In this document: piece after piece, positions 37,917 to 48,581 of the stretch | Position numbering within the stretch: the stretch's first letter is position 1 | How the letters are laid out: every line of letters begins with the position of its first letter | Assembly: GCA_019058245.1 (NCBI GenBank) | Contig: JAHPZJ010000014.1 | Coordinates: 1 to 64,000 of the forward strand | DNA length: 64,000 bases | Source: Promethearchaeota archaeon | GTDB lineage: Archaea; Asgardarchaeota; Lokiarchaeia; Sigyniarchaeales; SOKP01 | Direction of reading: 5' to 3' | Made by a program: the position numbers and the translations under genes | Notes under the pieces: generated by a model | The model's database searches: none | Told to the model about the DNA's origin: nothing | Seen by the model: the letters and a program-made list of their open reading frames with translations, nothing else

Positions 37917-39200
37917 ATGAATTTAACAGAAAAAAAATATAGTAGTGAAGATATTAAAACAGATCAATTTAATTTAGATTTACAAAAGAAATCAGAAATA
38001 CTGCTTGAAGTTAAAAACTTAAAAACATACTTTTATACCGAAGAAGGTATTGTCAAGGCAGTTGATGGTATTTCATTTGATATATATTCAGATGAAGTAC
38101 TTGGTCTTGTTGGCGAAACTGGATGTGGGAAATCAGTTACAGCTCTCTCAATTTTACGACTTGTAAGGGATCCTGGAAAGATTATCGAGGGTTCAATTAA
38201 ATTCAATGGTATTAATATTCTGGCATTAACCGAACAAAAAATGAGACAATACCGTGGCAATCAAATTACCATGATATTTCAAGATCCTCTTAATTCACTT
38301 AACCCCGTAATGACAGTTGGTAAACAAATATCGGAAGTTTTTCTTTTACACCAAAAAGAAGAACTTAAAGAAATTTTAGACAACCGCCTTTTGGATAGGA
38401 GAAAGTTAATAGATGAAAAAAATGAATTAAAGAATGAACTAAAAAATAAAAAAAAGAATGGAATTATATCTGAAGAAGAACAGGAAAATCTTCAATCGCA
38501 AATTGATGAACTTAAAGCTAAAATACCGAAACTACCTATTTTAAAGCATATTGCATTGGAAAAAGCAGAAAAAATTATAAAGAGAGTAGGAATTGCAGAT
38601 GCAGATGGTATAATAAAAAGATATCCTCATGAGTTGAGTGGTGGTATGAGACAACGTATTATGATTGCTATGGCACTTTCATGTAATCCACTGCTTTTAA
38701 TTGCTGATGAGCCAACAACCGCCTTAGATGTTACTATTCAAGCTCAAATTCTTGATTTAATGCAAAAACTGAAGAAAAAAATGAGAACTTCAATCCTTCT
38801 AATAACTCATGATTTAGGAATCATTGCAGATACATGTAACCGAGTTGCTGTTATGTATAGTGGAAATATAGTAGAATATGCAACTGCTGAAGATTTATTT
38901 AAAAATCCTCGTCATCCATATACCAAAGGTCTAATAGCAGCTATTCCTAGTATTGAAACAAAAGACAAAAAATTAAAAACTATTCGAGGGATGGTTCCAA
39001 ACTTGATTTACCCCCCTTCAGGGTGTAGATTTCACCCAAGATGCGACAAGCGATTGGAAATCTGTGATAAAATCAAACCAACTTGGCTTGAAATAAGCGA
39101 TAAATATTTTATTGCATGTCATCTTTATGATCCTAAGTATAAAGATTCTCCGAAATATATGTGGGAAAATGAAGAAGTTGTTGAATCCCATAAAGTATAA
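37917..39200 (+). CDS. oppD: ABC peptide transporter ATPase with a coiled-coil insertion
   Basis: GETGCGKS, YPHELSGGMRQR, LIADEPTTALD, C-terminal Cys motif GCRFHPRC. Confidence 0.95.
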   Translation: MNLTEKKYSSEDIKTDQFNLDLQKKSEILLEVKNLKTYFYTEEGIVKAVDGISFDIYSDEVLGLVGETGCGKSVTALSILRLVRDPGKIIEGSIKFNGINILALTEQKMRQYRGNQITMIFQDPLNSLNPVMTVGKQISEVFLLHQKEELKEILDNRLLDRRKLIDEKNELKNELKNKKKNGIISEEEQENLQSQIDELKAKIPKLPILKHIALEKAEKIIKRVGIADADGIIKRYPHELSGGMRQRIMIAMALSCNPLLLIADEPTTALDVTIQAQILDLMQKLKKKMRTSILLITHDLGIIADTCNRVAVMYSGNIVEYATAEDLFKNPRHPYTKGLIAAIPSIETKDKKLKTIRGMVPNLIYPPSGCRFHPRCDKRLEICDKIKPTWLEISDKYFIACHLYDPKYKDSPKYMWENEEVVESHKV

Positions 39201-39236
39201 CATTAAAATTAAATATATATCAAGATAGAAAGAAAA

Positions 39237-40334
39237 ATGCAGATAGAAGAAGAAAAAATTGACAATGAGAGGAAAGGAAGAATACTTCTCTCTGTAAAAG
39301 ATCTTAAAACTTATTATCCTATATTAGGTGGGTTATTTAAAAGAAAAATAGGGGATGTAAAAGCAGTTGATGGAGTTTCCTTCAATCTTTATAAAAAAGA
39401 AACATTTGGGTTAGTAGGAGAAAGTGGATGTGGTAAAACAACTATTGGAAACACAATTCTAAATTTGGTACCCCCTACTTCTGGAGAGATTTATTTTAAT
39501 AATAAAAAAATACAATTAGTGAAAAAAAAAAAGAAGAAAAAAGGGGAAAGAAATAATGAAATAAAAACTTCAGAGGAAACAGCTAATATTGATGGAAACT
39601 CGACTATTAAATATTCCCAAGAACTCCGTAAAAAAATTCAGATGGTATTTCAAGATCCTGACTCTTCATTAAATCCTCGCTGGAAAGTGGTTAATATTAT
39701 TGGGGAACCTTTAAGAATTCTCCTAGGTATGAAAAAAAGAAGAGAAATTCGTAAACGAGTTCTTGAACTTTTAGAAGTAGTATCAATGAAAGTTGAGCAT
39801 TTAGATCGATATCCTCATGAATTCTCTGGTGGTCAAAAGCAAAGGATTGTAATTGCCAGAGCATTAGCTTGTAATCCTGAACTGATTATCTTGGATGAAC
39901 CAACTTCCGCTCTTGATGTATCTGTTCAAGCTCAAATCTTAAACTTATTAAAAGAACTTCAAGAAAGATTTGATTTATCTTATCTTTTTATAACTCATGA
40001 TTTAAGTGTGATACAACATATCGCTGATAGAATCGCAGTGATGTATTTAGGCAAATTTGTTGAAATAGGTTCAATTGATGAAGTTTTCTATAATCCAACA
40101 CATCCTTACACCAGAGCTTTATTATCAGCACGACCCACATTCGATCCTGGTTCAAGAGCAAACAGAATTATATTAGAAGGAGATGTTCCTAGTCCAATTA
40201 ATCCGCCAGAAGGGTGTCCTTTTTATCCTAGATGTCAAGAAAAAGATAAGCATGCAGGATGTGGTATTGAAAATCCTAAAACGATCCATCTAGGTGGAAA
40301 CCACTATATATCATGTTTACCTTTCAAGAAATAA
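39237..40334 (+). CDS. oppF: ABC peptide transporter ATPase
   Basis: GESGCGKTT, YPHEFSGGQKQR, LDEPTSALDVSVQAQ, GDVPSPINPPEGCPFYPRC. Confidence 0.95.
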   Translation: MQIEEEKIDNERKGRILLSVKDLKTYYPILGGLFKRKIGDVKAVDGVSFNLYKKETFGLVGESGCGKTTIGNTILNLVPPTSGEIYFNNKKIQLVKKKKKKKGERNNEIKTSEETANIDGNSTIKYSQELRKKIQMVFQDPDSSLNPRWKVVNIIGEPLRILLGMKKRREIRKRVLELLEVVSMKVEHLDRYPHEFSGGQKQRIVIARALACNPELIILDEPTSALDVSVQAQILNLLKELQERFDLSYLFITHDLSVIQHIADRIAVMYLGKFVEIGSIDEVFYNPTHPYTRALLSARPTFDPGSRANRIILEGDVPSPINPPEGCPFYPRCQEKDKHAGCGIENPKTIHLGGNHYISCLPFKK

Positions 40335-40452
40335 TATAAATCTTACATTAAAATAACATGAAAATTATTTTAGATTAATAATATTTTTTCTTCAAATATA
40401 ATAAATAATAATTAATTGAAAAATCTTATAATAATCAATCTTTAGATAGTGT

Positions 40453-41652
40453 CTATTCTAATTTTGAATCAATACTCTTTAAAGATTGGTAACAAATATT
40501 TAAACATCCATTCAGATTTTCAATAGAACATTTATCAGGGGTATCTTTCAAAGAGTGTATGAGATGTGAATCTTTATCTGAATGAAAACAGCTAATTTGT
40601 AATTTTTTCCTTGCACGATGAGCATATCTTTTGAACATTTTGTAATCACTTTTCGGTTTAATTGTTTTATCGAATTTAACTAATGGAATTTTTAACTGTT
40701 TTGCTGTTGCTTCAAAAACATCATTTAAATTATCATTTATTTTTCTCCTGAAAATAAATCCTGTTTTATTTAGAAGACCAATAAAGGATCCAACCATATC
40801 GATATTAATATAATAAGATCTATCTAAATTATATTCCTGGCTTAAATTATTGAGGTGATTTCTACAAAAATTTTTTGAGCCTTTCATACCCCATTCTTCG
40901 GCCCCTGTCCAGATAATTAAGAGATCCATGTTATTTAGAGGATTTTCATGAAATAATTTTGCCAGTTCAATTAAAATTGCAACTCCACTTGCGTTATCAA
41001 TTGATCCTGCTGATGGAGTTTGGATGAAAACCAAAAAAAGTATAGGAACTGAAACAAAAACTCCAGTGATTGATGTAAAAGTTATTAACACAATTACTAA
41101 ATTTGATAGAGGAACGATGTCCAAATAATCAAAAATAAAAATTGCTGAAAAAATTAAAATAATCAAACTATAGAATAAGATTACAATTCTATATATAAAA
41201 AATATCATAATTTGTAGTTTGTATGGAATATTCAGAGAAATCGAATCATAATGAGCTGTAAAAATAACTAATGGACGATCTGGAGATTGATCTTTAGATA
41301 ATATTCTGGTAAAGATATTTTTCGATTCCTCTTTTTCTATAAAAGATATATCTCGTGCTCTTTCAAAGAAATTCTTTATAATAAAATAGAGGATGATAAT
41401 TAAAAATAAGCGAAAAAGGATTAGATAGAATAAAATAAGAATATAGCTCATTCTCATCATTATCCTCATAGGACCTGTCCATTCAAAATGTTCAACTCTA
41501 GTTTTAATATTATACTTCTTTAATTCTTTTCCTATGTAATTCAATGCTTCTGTTTCTCCTGTAGTCGTGCTAGTTCGATTAAATGCTAAGGATTTTACAT
41601 GTTCAATAGTATCTGTTTTATTATATAGCTGTATATCTGAAACTGAAATCAT
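40453..41652 (-). CDS. membrane-anchored M28-family metallopeptidase
   Basis: AHYDS, GSIDNASG, GAEEWG, INIDMVG, SDY, IHSLKDT, with TM helices inserted. Confidence 0.85.
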   Translation of the reverse strand: MISVSDIQLYNKTDTIEHVKSLAFNRTSTTTGETEALNYIGKELKKYNIKTRVEHFEWTGPMRIMMRMSYILILFYLILFRLFLIIILYFIIKNFFERARDISFIEKEESKNIFTRILSKDQSPDRPLVIFTAHYDSISLNIPYKLQIMIFFIYRIVILFYSLIILIFSAIFIFDYLDIVPLSNLVIVLITFTSITGVFVSVPILFLVFIQTPSAGSIDNASGVAILIELAKLFHENPLNNMDLLIIWTGAEEWGMKGSKNFCRNHLNNLSQEYNLDRSYYINIDMVGSFIGLLNKTGFIFRRKINDNLNDVFEATAKQLKIPLVKFDKTIKPKSDYKMFKRYAHRARKKLQISCFHSDKDSHLIHSLKDTPDKCSIENLNGCLNICYQSLKSIDSKLE

Positions 41653-41891
41653 AATAAGATGTGTGCTTAATTTATTTTTTATTAAAAATTATAAGAGAAC
41701 AATTCTATTTTATTTTCTTTATTCAATTTAATTTGTCATAATATTTTGATTAATTCAGATGAATTATAAAAAATATAAAATTATGAATTAAAGCATTATA
41801 AATTCTTAATAGGAGGCATTAAATACTTATCTACGGTTATATTTCCGGAACAAAAAATTAAATATAAGATTTTTAATTTTCTAATTTATCT

Positions 41892-43091
41892 ATGAGTAAA
41901 AAATGCCAAATATTCATAATCAAAACATCTCCCAAAACTGTTCTTGAAGATTATAGTAAATTAATGCATTTATCTAAGTATCAAGAGCATTTTCCTAAAG
42001 TTCTTAAAACAATTATTAAACTTAATCTTAGTTGGTCGAAATTCTACCCTTCATGTTCTAGCCCTCCATGGCAAGTAGAAGGCGTTCTTAAAACCATGAT
42101 TGAGGATGGCTTTGATCCTCGTAACCTTTTTACAGCTGAAAACCGTACTGTTGTAACCAATATTTCAAAAGGAATTACTCAAAATCGCTGGAGTCCAATC
42201 ATTAAAAAATATGGTGCTTGGTTTGTGCCTTTAACAAAAGTTCCTTTTATTTCATATAATGATGATTTAAGATCAAAATTTGAGACCATAAGAGATAGAG
42301 AATTGCATGTATTAGATTCAAAAATTTTTCCAAATGGATTTAGCATACCTAAATTTTATTTAGGAAAGCCTATAATTCATCTACCAACCATGAAAACACA
42401 TGGACATACTGGTTCTGCTGGCGGATCATTAAAAAACACAAAAGATGAGGCGAAAAATGGAGGAATTACATGCGCTATGAAAAATGCTTTTGGAGGATTG
42501 TTAACCAAACGAAGACATTTTTCTCACCAATATATGAGTGAGGTACTAGTTGATTTACTGATAATCCAAAAACAGATACATCCTGAGATAATGTCAATTG
42601 TAGATGGAACAGTTTGTGGTGATGGTGCGGGTCCGAGAACCATGATACCACGGATTAAAAATTATTTACTTGCGGGCTATGACCAAGTGGCGGTAGATAC
42701 TGTTGTTGCAAAAATGTTAGGTTTTGAACCTTTAAAACTGCCTGCTATAAAAATTGCTCACGACGAAGGTTTAGGATGTGGAGATTTTGATCAAATTGAA
42801 ATTGTAGGGGAAGATATATCACATGTTGACTGGAAATTTAGAGTAAAAAGAAGTCTAGTAATTTGGGGTGATCAAATGGTAAGAAAAGGAAAACTCTCTT
42901 TTTTACATCCATTATTCCATAATAAAGTATTTATGGCGTTGCCCATTTTAAGTTCATTAATTTATCATGATATGTTTTGGTATCCTACAGTAGGTAAAAA
43001 AAGAATAAAAGAGTTTATGAAAACTGAATGGGGAAAAATGTTTGAAAATTACCCAGCTGAATCGTCAGGCACAATAAATAAATATAATTAA
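41892..43091 (+). CDS. DUF362 family (putative Fe-S) protein
   Basis: IIKLNLSW, HLPTMKTHGHT, TCAMKNAFGGL, VDGTVCGDGAGPR, DQVAVD. Confidence 0.85.
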   Translation: MSKKCQIFIIKTSPKTVLEDYSKLMHLSKYQEHFPKVLKTIIKLNLSWSKFYPSCSSPPWQVEGVLKTMIEDGFDPRNLFTAENRTVVTNISKGITQNRWSPIIKKYGAWFVPLTKVPFISYNDDLRSKFETIRDRELHVLDSKIFPNGFSIPKFYLGKPIIHLPTMKTHGHTGSAGGSLKNTKDEAKNGGITCAMKNAFGGLLTKRRHFSHQYMSEVLVDLLIIQKQIHPEIMSIVDGTVCGDGAGPRTMIPRIKNYLLAGYDQVAVDTVVAKMLGFEPLKLPAIKIAHDEGLGCGDFDQIEIVGEDISHVDWKFRVKRSLVIWGDQMVRKGKLSFLHPLFHNKVFMALPILSSLIYHDMFWYPTVGKKRIKEFMKTEWGKMFENYPAESSGTINKYN

Positions 43092-43870
43092 ATGATCTCT
43101 TTTAATATTTCTTCATAATCAAATTTCCCACTAATTCTATTAATTTTATAATAAATTATAAATTCAATGGAACCTCCTTTCCCTAAAATTGGAGATTTTA
43201 TTATTCCATATGGAAATATATCGTTTTTAATACTCCATTCTATCAATTCTTTTAATATATTACACATAATTTTTGATTCTCGAATAATTTTAAATTTCTT
43301 TTCTTTATGAAAATGATTCTCAAAAATAGGTTTTATTAACGCAATTATTACACCATCTGTTTTTACTAATTTTTTTACATTTGGAAGGATTTCTCTTAAG
43401 GAGGTGAAAGTAACATCAATTGTACAAATATCAACTTTTTCTTCTAATTCTATCAGATTACGGGCATCAATACCTAGCATTGGAATAACTTTTTTTCTCA
43501 TCTTTTCACATCTCAGTAAAGGATGCAATACATCAATAGCTTTGTCTATTGCATATACTTTAGAGGCTCCATGTTTTATTAAACAATCTGTAAAGCCTCC
43601 TACGGATGCACCAATATCTAAACATACTTCATCTTCAACTGAAATCGAAAAAATGTTTAACACAGCTTCCAATTTCAGACCACCCCGTCCGACATATGGA
43701 AACTCTTTTAACATTTGAATTTCATGAGAACGGTCGATTCTTTTTCCAGGTTTTATTACCTTCTTTCCATTAATAATTATATAACCATTCAAAATTAACC
43801 ATTGCGCTTTTGTTCTACTTTCTACCAAGCCTCTTTCTACTAGTAGAATATCAATCCGTTCTTTCATCAA
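43088..43870 (-). CDS. tlyA: TlyA-family rRNA 2'-O-methyltransferase (S4 + FtsJ domains)
   Basis: RIDILLVERGLVESRTKAQ, YVGRGGLKLE, LDIGASVGGFTDCL, IDVTFTSL, LIKPIFE, SPILG. Confidence 0.9.
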   Translation of the reverse strand: MMKERIDILLVERGLVESRTKAQWLILNGYIIINGKKVIKPGKRIDRSHEIQMLKEFPYVGRGGLKLEAVLNIFSISVEDEVCLDIGASVGGFTDCLIKHGASKVYAIDKAIDVLHPLLRCEKMRKKVIPMLGIDARNLIELEEKVDICTIDVTFTSLREILPNVKKLVKTDGVIIALIKPIFENHFHKEKKFKIIRESKIMCNILKELIEWSIKNDIFPYGIIKSPILGKGGSIEFIIYYKINRISGKFDYEEILKEII

Positions 43871-44984
43871 TTTTCTTATTTGCTAGAGTTATGATATATT
43901 TCTTCTCAATTTTCAATGACAATTTTCGACTTAATTTACTTATTTGTACTTTAATAGATGCAATTCCACCCCATTTTTTATAAATTGCTCTAAACAATAA
44001 ACCAATAATAATAAATGCAGCTAAGATAAAAAACCAAATATTTACAGCATTTAATCGATTTAAAAATAAAAAATACAATAAATTATGTGTAATGTATATA
44101 GTAAATGAATAATATGAATAATAGAATAAAAATCTATAACTTTTTTCTACTTTGGTTATTAAAAATATTTCAAATATTAATAACAGGGTAAATAATACTA
44201 GATCTATCCCTAAAGAATAAAGTATCCATGAAAAAGTTCTTCGTTCTAAGAATTGTGGAAAAATAAAAAATATCCCTAAAATAATTAAGAAAATTCCAAT
44301 GGCCATAAATGAAAATAAAAAGCTATACCTAAACGAGCGTTTCATGGTTTTTTCATTTTGATCTGAAAATAACGCATTAAAAAGAGTATCTCCAACCACA
44401 GTCCCAAATAGGAAAAAAGGGAAAAATGTTAATATTGGATCTTGGTGAATATTATGATATAAGAAGTAAAATATTAAACCGTATATATTTGTTTCACCTT
44501 CATATTGTAATAATACTGATACTAAAATTTGATTCAAGATTAAAACAAATAAACCAATCACAACCCTAAAAATCCTTGAAGTCTTTAAAAGAGGCCATGT
44601 TATAAAAAGAGATACAGCTGTAGTTAATAATACAAACCAGGTCCAGATCCAGGTTAGATTGTTCAGACTCAATGAAATTGATATATTATAAATAATTGCT
44701 ATTACAAAAATAAAAAAAGCTCGAAGGAGATAAGAATTTCTCACTATGCGTGGATTATAATCCCCAAATTGATTCACCTTAATAGTTCTATTCCTGAAAG
44801 ATAATGTAATACTTATTCCCGATACAAATAAAAAACCAGAGACCCCAATAGGATCTAATATCATTTTGGTAAGGCTATTTAACCAGGAATATTCACTTCT
44901 CAACCACCATTCAATTAAATGAGTTAAAATCATCCAAGCCATACATAATCCGCGAAAAATATCAATACTTTTTAATCTCTTCAT
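43851..44984 (-). CDS. DUF1624 / HGSNAT-like multi-pass membrane acyltransferase
   Basis: RLKSIDIFRGLCMAWMILTH, FLFVSGIS, about 9 TM helices. Confidence 0.75.
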   Translation of the reverse strand: MKRLKSIDIFRGLCMAWMILTHLIEWWLRSEYSWLNSLTKMILDPIGVSGFLFVSGISITLSFRNRTIKVNQFGDYNPRIVRNSYLLRAFFIFVIAIIYNISISLSLNNLTWIWTWFVLLTTAVSLFITWPLLKTSRIFRVVIGLFVLILNQILVSVLLQYEGETNIYGLIFYFLYHNIHQDPILTFFPFFLFGTVVGDTLFNALFSDQNEKTMKRSFRYSFLFSFMAIGIFLIILGIFFIFPQFLERRTFSWILYSLGIDLVLFTLLLIFEIFLITKVEKSYRFLFYYSYYSFTIYITHNLLYFLFLNRLNAVNIWFFILAAFIIIGLLFRAIYKKWGGIASIKVQISKLSRKLSLKIEKKYIITLANKKIDERTD

Positions 44985-45063
44985 AGATACTCCAAATTAT
45001 TGCGATATCGACTAATTAATATACAGAAAAATCAGGAAAAAATCATAAATTAATAAATTCTCC

Positions 45064-45912
45064 TTATTCTTTAATAATCTCATAAAGATTTGCTGATGAT
45101 TCACTAAGAGAAATTTCACCATCTAAAATTTTATTTATTAATTCCTGTAATTTGTCTAAGTAATTAACACAATTACCAATCTCTTTACTATTACTCCTAT
45201 TATCATTAGGCAACTTGCTCTGTTTAAATAATGTTAGATAATTTGATTTTGTTATTTCAACACCCCTCCTTAGTGCTAATATTAAAGCTGAGAGCTCATG
45301 CTTTGTTTTTACTCTCCTTTTATAATCCTTAATTTTAGTTTTTGATGATTTAGATTCATCAATTAGATAAAGTTTCATTTTTTTCCTTAAATGAAACAAA
45401 TCAAGGATACTTTCTATAAGTTCGAATGTCAAAGATAAAACCCCACTTCCAAACTTAAACTTTAACATCATCAAATTTGGATTATCATTTTGGAAATAAT
45501 ATTCTATATTTTTAATTAATTCTATGAAATCCTTTTTATCATAGAATGTTCGAGAAATTAAAAAAAAATCATCCAAAAATATCACTATTCCAATCTGTTT
45601 TGAACCGGGATCTACAGAAAATATTAATTCTGAATAACTATCTTTATATCCAACTCTATACGCGGCTAAAACTTTTAAAATATAATAGTGAAAATTAGTT
45701 TCTTCTGAACATGGGAGAATTTCTAATTTTTCTGGAATATTTACAAATTTCAATGCTTCCTTAGACGTGGTTAATATTAAAGAGGGAATTTTAGGATTTT
45801 TGATATTTAAATTTAAAATTTCAAACTTGATATTCAATCGATTTAATTCCTTATTTAATTTATAAAAAAAATTTAAATCCTCAGTACTAATATATAAAAT
45901 TTTATTTCTCAA
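45064..45912 (-). CDS. RNase H-fold YqgF/RuvX-like domain protein
   Basis: SVDPGSKQIGIVIF, FGSG, LIDESKSS, HELSALILA. Confidence 0.55.
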   Translation of the reverse strand: MRNKILYISTEDLNFFYKLNKELNRLNIKFEILNLNIKNPKIPSLILTTSKEALKFVNIPEKLEILPCSEETNFHYYILKVLAAYRVGYKDSYSELIFSVDPGSKQIGIVIFLDDFFLISRTFYDKKDFIELIKNIEYYFQNDNPNLMMLKFKFGSGVLSLTFELIESILDLFHLRKKMKLYLIDESKSSKTKIKDYKRRVKTKHELSALILALRRGVEITKSNYLTLFKQSKLPNDNRSNSKEIGNCVNYLDKLQELINKILDGEISLSESSANLYEIIKE

Positions 45913-45956
45913 ATTATAATTATAAATATTAGATAAAATTAATAATTTCTAAATAC

Positions 45957-46646
45957 ATGAAATTTCCAACATTAGAGTTAAATAAATATTTTGATTCCAC
46001 TGATTCTTTACAAGGTATTTTTTCTGTATTTGGGGATTTTGGTGTTGGAAAAACCACCTTTAGTCTCCAAACTGCTATAAATTCTACAAAAAGTGGTAAA
46101 TCTGTTATATATATTTTCACTAAACCTAATTTCCCTTATGAAAAGATTATGATGATAAGTAAATTCTCTAAATTTATTGAAAATAATATTCAATTTATTC
46201 AAATATTAAATTTTGTTGAATTATATCGCTTAATCTTTAATTTAGAATTTTTAATACTAGATTATTTGTCCCAGAATAAACCAAAATATAATTTAATCAT
46301 CATTGATTCAATTACTAATTTGTATAAATTAGAACTTAATAAAGATAATAAAGAAAAAAATTATAGCTTAAATTATCAATTAAATCAAATATTAGCTAAT
46401 TTAACTTATTTCAACAAAAAATATGAAATTGACGTTTTAATTGTTAATGAATTAAATAGAAAAATCATTGAAGATCAAATTATTGAGGTGCAAAGTGGTG
46501 GAAAAGTTATGGAATTTTGGGTAAAATATACCTTAAAAATAATTAAAACTGAAAAATTAAATGAGAGAAAATTTTTCTTTACAAATATTTCCCTACAAAA
46601 TTCAGTTGAATTTACCTCAAATTTGGGAGAACAAGGATTTCTGTAA
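45957..46646 (+). CDS. RecA-superfamily ATPase, RadB-like paralog
   Basis: GDFGVGKT Walker A, LIIIDSI Walker B, VLIVNE, SGGKVMEFW. Confidence 0.8.
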   Translation: MKFPTLELNKYFDSTDSLQGIFSVFGDFGVGKTTFSLQTAINSTKSGKSVIYIFTKPNFPYEKIMMISKFSKFIENNIQFIQILNFVELYRLIFNLEFLILDYLSQNKPKYNLIIIDSITNLYKLELNKDNKEKNYSLNYQLNQILANLTYFNKKYEIDVLIVNELNRKIIEDQIIEVQSGGKVMEFWVKYTLKIIKTEKLNERKFFFTNISLQNSVEFTSNLGEQGFL

Positions 46647-46698
46647 TATCCATTAATAAATATTACCTACCTCTAAAAAATTTGATTAATTTTTAACT

Positions 46699-47925
46699 AT
46701 GCTAAAAAAAAAATTAACTTTAATTAAAGAAGGTTCATCAGAATTTTATATTTATAACGTTGATCAAGGACAGATTCCTTCAAAATCAATGAATACATTT
46801 TATAATAAGAAAATGGAGATTAATCGAGATATATCATCTTTAGCCATTAATGCCTATACTGATTTATATGAACAACAAAAACTGATAATTATAGATTCTA
46901 TGGCTGCATCAGGGATAAGCTCTATAAGGATGATAAAGGAATGCAAAAATATTAAAAAAATTTTTATCAATGATATAAATCCTGAAGCTATCAAACTAGT
47001 AAAAAAAAATATAAAATTAAACAATCTGAATAAAGCACCGATTAAAATAATTATAACCCAAAAAGATGCGAATCTCTTATTTTCTGAAATTGCTGTTACA
47101 AAAAATAAAATTTCAAATGAAATACAAAAAAAACCAAATGTTATATCAATTGATCCATTTGGCACTCCTAACCTTTATATTGACTCTGCAATCAAAACAA
47201 TACAAAAAAAAAAAGGCTTATTGTGCATTACTGCTACAGATACAGCTGTTTTATTTGGAGTTCGTCCTAATGTTTGTATTAGGAAATATTTTGCTAAACC
47301 ACTTCATACGGAATATTCTAAAGAGATTGGAAGTCGAATTTTAATATATTTTATCTCTCGAATAGCTAACCTTAATAAGATTGGGATAATTCCTCTTTTG
47401 ACATTCTATTCAGGGCATTTTATTAGAATATTCTGTACAACTTTTAAAAATCAAGAAAAAATTACTAAATATTTTAAAAATATCGGTTACATTATCCACT
47501 GTAAAGATTGTGGACATCGATATTCTTTTGGAAATAATATTTTAGAGGTTTCAAATGAATGTCCTTTATGTAAACGTAAAAAAAATCTTGATTATGCAGG
47601 TCCCTTATGGATTGGTAAATTACATAAATTAAATTTTATCAATAAAATGGTAAATTTAAATAAAAATTCTAAATTTGCAAATAAAAAGAGAATAGAAAAA
47701 CTCTTGTCTTTTATTAAAGAAGAAAATAGTATGCCGATCTCATATTATAATCTTCATAAACTTAGCAAAAATTTGGGACTTAAGGCAGTTCCTAAAATTG
47801 AAGATATTATTAAAATAATAAAAAAAGAAGGGTATCAATGTTCTAGGACTCATTTTAGTTATTTATCAATAAAAAGTGATTTAGATTTATCCTCTTTAAC
47901 AAAAATTTTGATTGATTTAGAATAA
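46699..47925 (+). CDS. trm1: tRNA (guanine26-N2)-dimethyltransferase
   Basis: FYNKKMEINRDIS, DSMAASGI, NDIN, IDPFGTP, TATDTAVL, CKDC..CPLC, AGPLWIG, RTHF. Confidence 0.93.
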   Translation: MLKKKLTLIKEGSSEFYIYNVDQGQIPSKSMNTFYNKKMEINRDISSLAINAYTDLYEQQKLIIIDSMAASGISSIRMIKECKNIKKIFINDINPEAIKLVKKNIKLNNLNKAPIKIIITQKDANLLFSEIAVTKNKISNEIQKKPNVISIDPFGTPNLYIDSAIKTIQKKKGLLCITATDTAVLFGVRPNVCIRKYFAKPLHTEYSKEIGSRILIYFISRIANLNKIGIIPLLTFYSGHFIRIFCTTFKNQEKITKYFKNIGYIIHCKDCGHRYSFGNNILEVSNECPLCKRKKNLDYAGPLWIGKLHKLNFINKMVNLNKNSKFANKKRIEKLLSFIKEENSMPISYYNLHKLSKNLGLKAVPKIEDIIKIIKKEGYQCSRTHFSYLSIKSDLDLSSLTKILIDLE

Positions 47926-47942
47926 TTATAGATGACTATTAG

Positions 47943-48581
47943 ATGGCTAAAGATCAAGAATATCATAAAAAGGAAAGATTTTACAGGCAAGCTAAAAAAG
48001 AGGGTTATCGTGCAAGATCAGCATATAAATTATTTGATATTCAAAAAAAGTATAATATTTTTAAAAGAGCATTTTATATATTAGATATAGGATGTGCGCC
48101 GGGTTCATGGCTTCAGGTAATAAAAAAATTTGCTGAAGAGAATCTGGGTAAATATAATGATCAATATTATTACCGTGATCACTTTAAAATCATGGGTATA
48201 GATATTGTGAATACCTCACCTATAGAAAATGTTCATATAGTTAAGGCAGATGTCACAAAACCAGAAATCCAAGCAGAATTAGATGTTTTTTTTCATAGTA
48301 AATTAGATTTAATCGTATCAGATGTGTCAATAAAGAAAATTGGAAATAATTTCACTGACCATATAAGACAGTTAGCTCTATGTTATAAAATAATGGATTT
48401 AGTAAAAAGAAATTTAAAATTTAAAGGGAGTCTAGTAATCAAAATGTTCCAAGGTTCGGATTTTAATAAATTTTACCAAGAAATTAAACCAATATTCAGA
48501 ATTGTAAAAGCATATAAACCAATAACTTCAACAAAGAAGAGTAATGAGATCTACATAATTGGTTTACAAAAAAAAAATTAA
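47943..48581 (+). CDS. rlmE: 23S rRNA Um2552 methyltransferase (RlmE/FtsJ)
   Basis: AKKEGYRARSAYKL, LDIGCAPGSWLQ, VSD, KMFQG, SNEIY. Confidence 0.93.
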   Translation: MAKDQEYHKKERFYRQAKKEGYRARSAYKLFDIQKKYNIFKRAFYILDIGCAPGSWLQVIKKFAEENLGKYNDQYYYRDHFKIMGIDIVNTSPIENVHIVKADVTKPEIQAELDVFFHSKLDLIVSDVSIKKIGNNFTDHIRQLALCYKIMDLVKRNLKFKGSLVIKMFQGSDFNKFYQEIKPIFRIVKAYKPITSTKKSNEIYIIGLQKKN

